Assembly: GCA_964016885.1 (NCBI GenBank)
Contig: OZ024744.1
Location: 42,904,001 to 42,968,000, forward strand
DNA from: Eledone cirrhosa
Lineage: Eukaryota
DNA: 64,000 nucleotides
Direction: 5' to 3'
Shown here one piece after another: positions 36,456 through 47,361 of the stretch (the stretch's first letter is position 1; each line of letters opens with the position of its first letter). The notes beneath the pieces were generated by a model, which had not been told where the DNA came from, made no database searches, and saw only the letters and a program-made list of their open reading frames with translations. The position numbers were made by a program, and so were the translations under genes.

Positions 36456-39400
36456 TCACTTGGATGTGTAGGAAAGAGCATTCTGGAGTGATATTGGACC
36501 TATAGTTTTTTTAAAAAAAAGTAAAACAATATTTGGCAATTTAGGTGGAAATTTGGGGTGCCTTTTGGTTATGCACGTGTCACTAATTTCATCCCATTTG
36601 TCACCATCTTTGTGAATTAAACAAGTGTAATGACCTCCTGATGTGGAACCTAATGTGTGAACAATTGCTGATTGAAGTTGGAAATTGGTACCAAAAAACT
36701 GCTGGCGTTTTGAACTGAAATTCAATAAATCACAATGTATTTGAGTTTCTTGACCACTGGTTATGAGGAATCGGTTGATTGATACTACAAGGTAGTGCAT
36801 TGTGGGTGGGAAATCTCTCCTGATGGTTGTTTTGTGCTCTGTATTGGTGGTGCAGGTGGGTGTCACATTGTTTTATTATGGTGTCATTTGATACAAGTAA
36901 AGTACGAAACTGTTGAGGGCCTTGAATAGGATGCAATGTCAAGTCTGTTTGAATTTCTGGTGTTTTGTGAGTTTCGAGTCCACATCCAGGTCTATGTGTG
37001 CAAGTACAAATTTGATCATTCAAAAGTGGGCATTCATTTTCATGACTTTTAGTGCATCTTAGTGTTTCATTCACTTGAAATTGGAATATTTGCTGTGCAT
37101 TTGGTGGAAAATGTGGGTAGATATTTTTCCAAAAATCATGGGCACATTGCTGAGCACCATCATTAAATCTCCCCCCAATTAATCTTCGCAGAATTGAAAC
37201 ATCCCGATCCCCTGGTGTGACAATATTTGCTATTTCCTGAACAACTGGACTGAGTAATTGGGTAGACAACAAAGTTTCCCAAAGTTTGGGCAATTGGGCA
37301 ATAGCTTGAAGTGTGGAATTGGCAAAACAGGCATTTTCCTTATTTTGTAGTCTAATCATGGGAGTGAGCATGGAAATTGTAGCTAATTTAGGTTTTTTGG
37401 TAGGAGGAGCATATTCAGAAGGGTTGTCCACATTCAACATTCGCCTTGATAGTTTTTTTGGCATGCAAGATTCAGAAGCCATGCATGGTGGTTTATTTCT
37501 ACATGGTCCAAGTGGAGGCAATTTTGTTGTAGAACGCAATTTGTTGTACTCTTCCCAAGCATATTTGTCACACATGATCAGGGTTCGTGGGTCAAAATCT
37601 ATCAAATAGACATTGCAGAGTTTCCTAGCTCGTGAAAGTGCAACATAGGCCATTCCATCTGCGAACACCAGAGGACCAAGATCAGCAATGACCCCATCAA
37701 CACTTATTCCCTGTGATTTATGGATGGTGATGGCATAGGCAAGGCATAGGGGGAACTGTTTTCGTGTCACATACACACCAGGAGAGATTTCATAGTCTGC
37801 AGTCACCTTTTCTATTGAAATGTCATTGCCTATCATGTGATCAAATTCCACAATGATTTGTCCCATTTTCCCATCTTTTCCATTGACCATGCTTTGCACT
37901 GTTCCCATGACACCATTACATAGCCCCTTCACCAAATTAATGTTTCGTCTCAGCATTACTCTGGCCCCAACTCCAACTTGCAATTCAGTCTCAAGTCCAG
38001 CAGTGTCTGATGCCTTTTTTGGTTTGGAAAATTTGTTTGACTTTGACTTTTTTTTACGACCTTTCTGGTGCATTCCTGAGTCCTCAGCAATAACTACAAC
38101 TGTACTGATGTTGGCATGCTTAAGCATTTCCTTGTTGAATTCATCTACAGATTCATTGACAGGCAAAATACAGACAAATGTTTGACTAGGTAATGTGCAA
38201 AGTTGCATTAGTTTCTCAGTTGCCTCTCTCATTGTTGCCCTGCGATCTAGGAATAGGCAATGTTCACTCAAAGTCTTGATGTCCATGTCTGTAGGTGATC
38301 CTATTCTTATTCGACGCAACATTTCAGAATAGTTTTCACTGTCATATTTTTGCCGTATGTTTATAGTGAGCTCATCATAGTCGAAAGATTTCCACAGTGA
38401 CTGCCCACTTATTCCCAGACCAGTCCTTTTAGCATCATATGCAGAAATACTGGAAAAGACTGTTTTTTCATTTACTGGTGGAAGTTGAAGTAGATCGCCA
38501 AAAACCAGAATATTTATTTTTCCAAAAGGGCTGGTCATTTGACTCTGGCACCCAAAAATCTCCTCTACGCGCCTATGGATAAATGCCAACATCAGATGAC
38601 TGACCATACTTATTTCATCGATAATTATCAGACGGACATCCTCTAGAGTGGATCGCAAAATTTTGAGTTCACCACTTTCTAATTCCCTATATGATGGTGA
38701 CTTTTCATGTTGGACTGGGAGTTTCAAGAGCCTGTGCAAAGTGGTCCCCTTGATTTGGAAAGCAGCCATACCAGTTGGTGCAGAAATGACTACTGGGGCC
38801 CCATTTCTCTTGCAACAAATTTGAGTAACTTTGTCAGAAATTATATCAATGAGAAAACTTTTTCCTGTACCTCCTACACCAGAGACAAAGTTTAGAAATT
38901 GTGGGCAATCATCACATCTGCACCTTGGTAGTGGTTTTTCCGAATTCCAATGCAATTCCTGTTTTTCAATTGCTGATACAATTAGATTGTATATGGATCT
39001 TTGATCTGTATTAAGCTGTGTTTCTTTTTGTCTGTAGAGCAGTTTCATCTACATCTCGAATTTGGGGAACATCAATACCAGCCTCATCTCTTTCCTCCTT
39101 CTCCCCCCTTCTATCCGTCCTTCTCCGACCTCTCCCTCCTTTTCACCCTCCTTCTCCAACCTCTTCCCCATCTCAACTGCATCAGTGATTTTTTTCCTCA
39201 CATTTTGAAAATTCACCATATCTGGCAAATTGTTTGCACACAGATGAAAGGACTCTTCAAATGTTTTGCAGCCCCCCAACAAATCTTTGTCCTCATCGCG
39301 CCAGGGTTTGAACAGCATTAGAAGATTGTGGTAATAACGTTCTTTTGTGTCATTTTTGAGCTGTATATTTGGTGCTTTAACTACCCGCTCTTTTACACTA

Positions 39401-42400
39401 TGAAAATACCCCTTGTCATTGAGCAATTTCATTTTTGTAGCCACATCTTTGTCAACAGGTTTTTTTTGTGTCCTCTCATATTTGCTGGCAACTTCATATA
39501 AGGAGGAATCTTCCAGGAATTTTGGCCGGTTTTGTAAAAAGTTTCCACCATGTTCTCGTAGAACAAGTCCATTGAGTCTTCACTCAGTTCATCGAGATCA
39601 TTTTGAGATTTCAATCTGCGGCCGCGCCTACCGGGAATGTCTGCACCTACCCAAATAACATGATCTGATGACCCGTAAAAATGATGCCCCAAAAGTTTGT
39701 CAGCAGCTTCATACCCTCCTGTATCCCTTTTCCCAAGCAATTGCAGTCCAGCACTTTTGTATTTCCCATATTTTGTTTTGGAATGATCCAGATTCGCCCA
39801 CACTCCCTCAGCCTCATTTTTTTCAGCCTTAGTCTGATAGCAGGTGACATATCTATTCAAAATCATACTATTCTCACCAATGTATTGCACATCTATATTT
39901 GCTTGCCAGTAAACATGGATTGTAGTCATTTATGTACTTTTCTGATTCTTTTCTTTCCAATTGGTACAGTTTTTTTGCCCCATTACCATTTTTTCGTGAT
40001 TTGATACTTTCAGAAACTGAGAAAAATTGAAATTGCCCCACTGCACGTGCAAAACCAAAACGGCATTTTTACTCAAATTTTTCCCTCTCCCCACTATTCT
40101 CCAGCATGCTTTGGCACAAGTATGAACCGTCTAACGAGATTTGCCAAGTTTGGGCTGGCCACAGGGGATGGTAGCCGGCAAGTAATGCAGCGTTCAATAA
40201 ATTGCTTGATTTTTTCTTTATGATCTTTGTCAAAAATTACACTGTCCCGAACCCAGGCTTTAAGGTGAATGTGAGGGGCACCACGTTGTTGATACTCGAG
40301 TCGCCAAAAGTAATGAATAATTTCCCCAAATGGGCCTTTTTTATTTAAAATTACATCATGAAAAACAGCACTAAAACGATGGTGAAAGTACTCACTGACA
40401 GCCACAACATCATTTGCACAGAGATTCCCTATCGGCCTTGTTTCAACATTTGCAGTGTCTTTATTGAGTTTTTCCAAAAATTCCCTCAAGCCTGGCCAAA
40501 AGTATTCAGCACATGAAAGAGTGATAAACAAATGGGCAGGACCGAATTTCTCATCTATGGCATTCAAGTCGGAGCACTTGCGTTCCCAAAATGGTTTTGT
40601 TCCACGAACATTCGCCATCATTATTGACAAACCACTTTCCAATTGTTCATCATTGGCTTCCAATCTTTTATAAAATTGAGCAAGTGTCAATTTTGAACTT
40701 TTGAGTGATTTCATTACGGCATAAATGCCAGAATCTAGTGCTCTTTTGTCAGCCTTGTCCAAATTGTAGAGAATGTACTGAATGTCTCTACGAAACCGGG
40801 GGTCCTCATGTCTGAGTCTGTTTCTGATGAACATGTATGGCTTTACTCTACCATGGGGTCTGTTCATGTGCATCATTCCAAATTTTCCTTTAGGGAATAA
40901 GTGGGGGAAGCACATCAGATCCAGGTTTGGATCATTGTCCGGAAGAAGAGTACCTTCAACTCGTTTCATGCGAAACATTTCAAGGTCCTTTTGATTTGGG
41001 AGTGCAGGCTTGATTTGCTGTACAGTATGGTGTTCATAGACTGTTTCAGCACCAGTTTGTGTGAGAATGTGTGGAAAATTGATGGAAACATTTTCACCAG
41101 TGCATGTAACAATGTCCTCTAAATTTGTGGTTCTGTCTATCAAAATGTCATTGTAAATGTCATTGTTGTTTTTCAGCCACTCCAAGGCATCAAAGACATT
41201 TTGCATATTCACTAGCGATAGCCAAATTGTGCCCTTTTTAGTTGGAAGACTATCAACAATTATTTCAAATGCATCATTTTGATTCGATGGAAGTTTTTTC
41301 ATTACATGATTGATTGTGTTTTCTACTGGTAGTGGCATGTGAGTTGCTATTCCTTTAATAGCAGCTACTAGATCTGATGGTGCACCTTTGAAACGATAGG
41401 GTGACAATTTAATGACATTGATGAAGCATTTGTCCATTTGGATCAAAATCTGCTCATACATGTTCAACTTTGACAACACATTTGGAATTTTGACCACTTC
41501 TAGGCCATTGATTGAAGCCAATGATGGTATCGACTTTATGACAAGACTATTTCTACATGTAGAGCAAATCGTACATGGTAGAGAGTAGTTTTGTTGAATG
41601 GTTTCCAGGAGATAGAGATTTGTCAAAGTCCTCCCAGACTTTGAGTTTAGCATCTAATTCTCGTTGTTTGCAAATGTCACAGGAGTTGATTTTCATTTTT
41701 TGAATCTCTTTATTAAAATGTTTGATAATGGATGCAAAATTGGCCCTGATTGAGGATTCTGAATGCAAGCTCTCATTTTCATTTTCCACTATCTCATTCA
41801 AACGGTTTAGCAGATTGTTGGACATGTTTTGGGGATTTACTAGATCATCAAACATTGACCAATTTCCTTCCAAGATTGAAATGTCATAGGAGTCTAGCCA
41901 GACACAGACTGATCTCACTTTGTACACACATCTCAGAAGTGTACGGATGCGAGGAGAGTGAGGAGCCATACTTCGAAACAGTTCAAGTCCATTTGTGCAG
42001 TCAGACTGTCCTATGCAATAGATGTTGTCCCTATGGAATCATTTACACTGCTCAAAGATTTCCATTTTTTTCCGAATTTGGGACACAGTCAAATCAGGTG
42101 AAAGTTAATGTATGGCCTTGTGCATTCGTTTAGCTAGCTTTAGTCGTGCAGTGGGATCTGGGAAATTTGATGGGGGACCAAATTTGCACAATCTAGCCAA
42201 AGTCAGAAGTTCTGTACATTTTCTGCCATCAAAATCTTCCTGGTCACTTTGCTCACCCCCCTCTTTTTGTGCACCTGTCTCACTTTGCTCACCTCCATCA
42301 GTTGGCTCATCTACCCCTCTTTGTGAACATTTCTCACTTGGCTCATCCCCCCCTCTTTGTGCACCTCCCTCACTTGGCTCATCTCCCCCTCTTTGTGCAC

Positions 42401-43690
42401 CTTTCTCACTTGGCTCATCCCCCCCCTCTTTGTGCACATTTCTCACTTTGCTCACCTCCCTCTCCTTGTGCACCTCCCTCACTTGGCTCATCTCCCCCTC
42501 TTTGTGCACCTTTCTCACTTGGCTCATCCCCCCCCTCTTTGTGCACCTTTCTCACTTTGCTCACCTCCCTCACTTTGCTCATCACCATCTTTACACCTGC
42601 CCTCATTTGTTGGACAGTCATCAATCAGAAATTTGTGGTTTTCAAGTTGTGTTAGAGGAAAATAATCAACTGTACTTTTGGGGAATAGAAAGTGTTCATT
42701 TGTGAAAGTATGGTAAAATATTTCCCCCCAGTATGCAGTCAACCCCTCCTTCTTAGCTAATTTGATGTGTGCATAAACTGAAGCCATTGTTTTTTTCAAT
42801 TCATTAAACATGAAATTTCGAATTCCCTGTGCTTCTCTGTAGATTTTGGAAACTTTTTCAAGGCCCTGTTTGAATTTCTTCCTATACTGTGCCCGACTTT
42901 TTGGTTTTTCTTTTTTCGAAGCCAAATATGATTTTGTGAATTTGTGTAACATGATTTCCCTTTGCATGCGAATGTCTTTAAATCGTTGAATTCGTTTTTT
43001 TCTGTACAAAAATTTGTGTTTTTGTTATATCAACCGTGCATTATTAAAATGATAATGTGAAAAATATCTGGCATCTTTTTCTTTTCCTTCTTCTCCTGTT
43101 CTCAATCTGTGTGCTTTTTGATACAATGCCTGTTGACTTTTGCCCTCATCGCCTGCTCTCACTCTGTGCTCTTTTTGATTCAATGCATGCTGATTTTTGC
43201 CCTCATCACCTGCCCTCAGTCTGCGCACTTTTGATACGATGCCTCCTGACTTTTGCCCTCATCGCCTCTTCTCAGTCTATATGCTTTTTGCCATGCCTTA
43301 TTTTTAAATTTTGCTTCGTCTGATTGTCTTTTTTCTCTTATTTCTGCAGCTTTCCGTTGTCTGTACTCCCTATTCCTAATTGCAGTTTTTCTCCGTTTTT
43401 CATTCTCTTTATCAATGTTTTGATCTTTGTCAGTCTCATTGAATTCAAATTCAGGTCCAGGATTTAATTCGACCGATTATGAGTAATGATAAGATTAACG
43501 CGCGCGTTCTATATTTCTGATTGGAAATAGGATAATTTCGTTTTTTGGATTTGTAAAAACTGGCATGAATGTGAATTTGATCAGTCCAATTGCCCGATTT
43601 TAGTGAAAAGTTTTGATTCGAAATGGAAATACTCCATTTCCGTGCCATGGAAAAAATGAATAAGCCGATCAAAAAGCCGCGAAACATCAT
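36456..43690 (-). pseudogene. Helitron RepHel: N-terminal repeats, HUH Rep, PIF1 helicase, C-terminal USP (C19)-like peptidase; multiple frameshifts
   Basis: Rep: FITLSCAE, RLEYQQRGAPHIH, WQANIDVQY...RYVTCYQTK. PIF1: GVGGTGKS, APTGMAA, IIDEISMV, FGDLLQLPPV, QFPLCLAYAITIHKSQG, YVALSR. USP: LQNKENACFANSTLQ, QQCAHDF, AIVHTLGSTSGGHYTC, WDEISD. Confidence 0.9.
42250..42580 (-). repeat. ~36-bp coding minisatellite (GGDEPSEKGAQR) in the RepHel N-terminus
   Basis: About nine units of ctctttgtgcacct...cacttggctcatc-cccc; poly-C length variation breaks the frame. A separate 57-bp repeat (RLRAGDEGK...) lies at ~43070-43290. Confidence 0.85.
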
Positions 43691-45041
43691 TTTTAATTAA
43701 GCGAAATTAGTGGATGCAAATCTCAGAAAATATTGTACACTATTCGCACCTATCGCACTATTCGCACCTATCGGTACAAAAATATAGCGCACTATTCGCA
43801 CCTATCGGTACAAAAAATCGCACGACTGTTAATAATACTAGAAGTGCAAACTATCTGTTGAATACCTGGTATATGAAGAGCAACCGATACGATCGGTCGG
43901 CGATCGGTCTTGAAGAAGAATGAAGAATGAAGTGAAATTTTGGTCTGGTTGTTGTCATGGGTGTTTCGCAGAGATGCCGGCACGAACAAAGGTGTCAGTG
44001 ACACAAAGTTGTTCGCTTGAACAAAGGTGTCCGACAAAGGTGTCAGTCAGACAGTGTCACAGTCGGTGCGACAAAGCGATCGATGCGATTAAAAAAGATT
44101 TAACTCACATGTTTACCTATATTTTCGCAAACTATTGATAGATTGGTACAAAAAATAGCTTTGATAATAAACATAAATTTTTAACGAAGTATTTAAAAAG
44201 CATTTTAGCAGTGAAAAGTGAAGTAATGTTTTACACTGACGCAAGTAGGGCCGTTCAGAAATGACGTAGTCAATTAGGAGGAGGGGATTCGGCGATTTGA
44301 CTACATTTGACTAACGTAATCACAATCACAAGAGTTCCGCCGAAAAAAATTCGTCATTTCTGGATGACCCCGTAGAGAGAGAGAGACTCGTAATTACCTC
44401 CCCTTGTTATCTCGGGCCGATTCTTCTCATAGATGCATCAAATGCACACAGCGTCACGCTTACTACTCACTCACTTGAACACAAGATTTATCAGCAAACT
44501 TTGATTATAAACTTTTTCCCGCTGGACCAAATTTCTAGATTTTTAAGCCGAAAGATGCGTAATGATCAACTGTTCATGCTCATATAAGTTTTATCTCAGT
44601 TAAATAAAGTAGAGCCGCGCTGCACTGTCGTAAACAGACGATTGCCAACGAAAACACGACCACAACAATATTACTAAACGGACTACCGTCCGTTTAGGAT
44701 ATTAATAATATTATAATATTATATTATTTGTATTCACTCACACACACACACACATACACACATACACACACATATATATATATATTAAACAATAACAAAA
44801 GGCCAGACTGGAAAGTATGCTTTAAAATTTTAATTCGGTGAAATCACTATACAGATTTTGATGGCCCAATTCTATCTTCCAAATATGATGCAAAATAGGA
44901 TGATCTTATAGGGCAACCTTGACAATTGAACAGTTCTTTTTTACAGGCAGTCCCTGAATCGAATTTTCAATTTCCTATTCTCTTTTCCTTATCTTTCATA
45001 TGTTTGGGTTCAACGTAACCCTGTTATGTAATTCTGTCAAA

Positions 45042-45116
45042 GTTACCTGATGAGGTCGTCCTGGCTTGCATCATATTAGGATGATGGAGCTGGGCCATTG
45101 AAATATGTATAGTGAT
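45042..45116 (+). ncRNA. Type I hammerhead ribozyme with extended stem II
   Basis: gttac CUGAUGA ggtc...catcat attagg atgatg...ggccatt GAAA tatgta UA gtgat. Same core flanks as the 30118 motif; stem I contains GU pairs. Confidence 0.55.
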
Positions 45117-45877
45117 TGGGTACACAAGAGATGTAGTGGGATAGCAGGCAAACTAACAGGTAGGGAGAAATACGTATGCAGTAGATGTACAGGGAAATAT
45201 GACAGTAGAAGTCGCATTGATAGACACAGTTTTCAAATACAGGTGGGTGCTATAAAAGTGGTGGATAGCTTCCGGTATCTAGGTGATCAGATTAGCATGA
45301 GAGGGGGGGGGGGTTCCAAGGCCATAGTATCTAGAATAAGGACGGGTTGGAAGAAGTTTAGGGAGCTGCTTCCTCTGCTGACGAAGGGTTTCTCCCTGCG
45401 TATGAAAGGCCGGTTATATGATGCCTGTGTGAGGTGCGTGATGCTGCATGGTAGTGATACATGGGCAGCAACTGCAGAGGATCTGCGACGGCTGAAGAGA
45501 AATGAAGCAAGCCTGCTCCGCTGGATGTGTGATGTCAATGTACGTGAACGACCAAGCATAGATGAGTTGAGAAAGAAACTGGATATAAGAGGGATAAGTT
45601 GTGGTGTGCAGGAGAGAAGGCTGAGATGGTATGGACATGTGATGTGCATGGAGGATGACCGGTGGGTAAAGAAGTGCCAAGAAATGCCAGTAGAAGGAAG
45701 ACGCAGTAGAGGTAGACCATGAAAAACATGGGCAGAGGTGGTGAGAGCACACCTCAGATGGCTGAAGCTCACGCAGGAGATGACAAAGGACCGTGACAAG
45801 TGGAGAGATGCTGTGCTGAATAGGACCCGTCTCACCCTTACAAGCAGGGAAAATCAGGCGTAAAATGATGATGATGA
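45112..45877 (+). mobile_element. RTE LINE 3' fragment with (GAT)n tail
   Basis: WVHKRCSG, FRYLGD, MLHGSDTW, RLRWYGHV; same subfamily as 13160-15867. Confidence 0.9.
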
Positions 45878-46079
45878 TTTCACGAAATTGAAATTTACAG
45901 CATATCTTCCAGTTCGGCCTTCTGTTGTTTAATAAATACATTACTCTGTTCCTGCACCACCCACTTGATACCACATCTACGATGGATGACTTTGTTGAGT
46001 GCTTTTATTTATTTATTATATCATGGTTTACCAACCACAACCACCAGTTCTACTCATTGGTAATCTAAATAACTTAAAT

Positions 46080-46193
<114 letters not shown>

Positions 46194-46723
46194 AAAGAAT
46201 ACAGGTGTAACACACAAGTTATTATATATTGGTAAACGGAATAGAAAATGCTGACAAATTGTTCACAGTTGAAAAATGGTTTAATTAGGAATAAAAGAGT
46301 ATTAGTGACTGTATGGGTTAGTATTCAGTTGTGGTTTTAAGTTTTTAAGTTTTTACCGGTTGCGCATTTCTAAATGCTTTTCAAAAATAATTTTGAGATA
46401 GAGTGTCCGTGCTGTTTGCTCTGATCTGATTAGTTTTGGGAATTCTACCTGTTTTTATGTTAAAAAAATGGCTCCAGCGTTATTTTTGTGTTGCAAAAAT
46501 GCTTGTGGTCAAAACAATTTTGATTGGTCGGTAGAGGTCATGTGAATGTAAAAAGTTGATTTTGCGCCAAGACTGTTTTTATGTTAAAATGTTAGAAAAG
46601 TGGCTCCAGCAAAAATTATTGGTCAAAACAATTTTGATTGGTCGGTAGAGGTCATGTGGATAAAAAATTGGTTTTGCGCCAAGATTGAGAAATGACTCTT
46701 TCACAACAAATATGTGTGTGTGT

Positions 46724-46767
<44 letters not shown>

Positions 46768-47361
46768 TAGTAGTAGTAAGGTGTTCGATGCTGCGACAAT
46801 AGCCACCAGCGATGTGTGTCAAATGGCTATTAAGATAAGTGTGTGTGTGTGTGTGTGTGCGTACATACACACAGCAGAGTCATTCGAAGGTCAAAAGATA
46901 TTTTTCAGCTTTTGTCTTATACGGAGAAGTGCGTGTGTGTGTGTGTATAAGTCTCTTTGTATGTTGATGTACGCGTGTGTATGTGTTTGTGTATATATAT
47001 GTGTGTGTGTGTGTGTGCGTGTGTGGGTGGACCAGTATTTTTTCCCCCCTGGTAAAATGGTGTACATTATTCGATTTTTTCAGTAAAATCGGTTCTCTTA
47101 ATAGAACATCAACAATCTTAACAATAAAAGGTGTGAAATGATATTCACTATATATATATACACACACACACACACATATATATTTTCACTACATATATAT
47201 ATATATATATATACATATATACATACATATATATGCACATATATTTTTTTGTATTGCACCATAGAGCATGTGTGTTTACGTGTGTCATTGTGTTTATATG
47301 TGGGTAGAGATGTGTGCTGATGTAGGTATGTATGTTGACGTGTGTATGTTGTGGGTTCGTC

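Larger units (their letters stand above)
31976..44700 (-). mobile_element. Large Helitron/Helentron (HLE2-like) element with cargo genes; left boundary uncertain
   Basis: A 12.7-kb block nearly free of microsatellites and LINEs, containing RepHel and accessory genes on one strand; hairpin at 44674-44697 at the right edge. Confidence 0.65.

Noticed and set aside
42250-42580. 36-bp repeats as a CRISPR-like array
   Set aside because: The units are head-to-tail with no unique spacers; this is a coding minisatellite in eukaryotic DNA.
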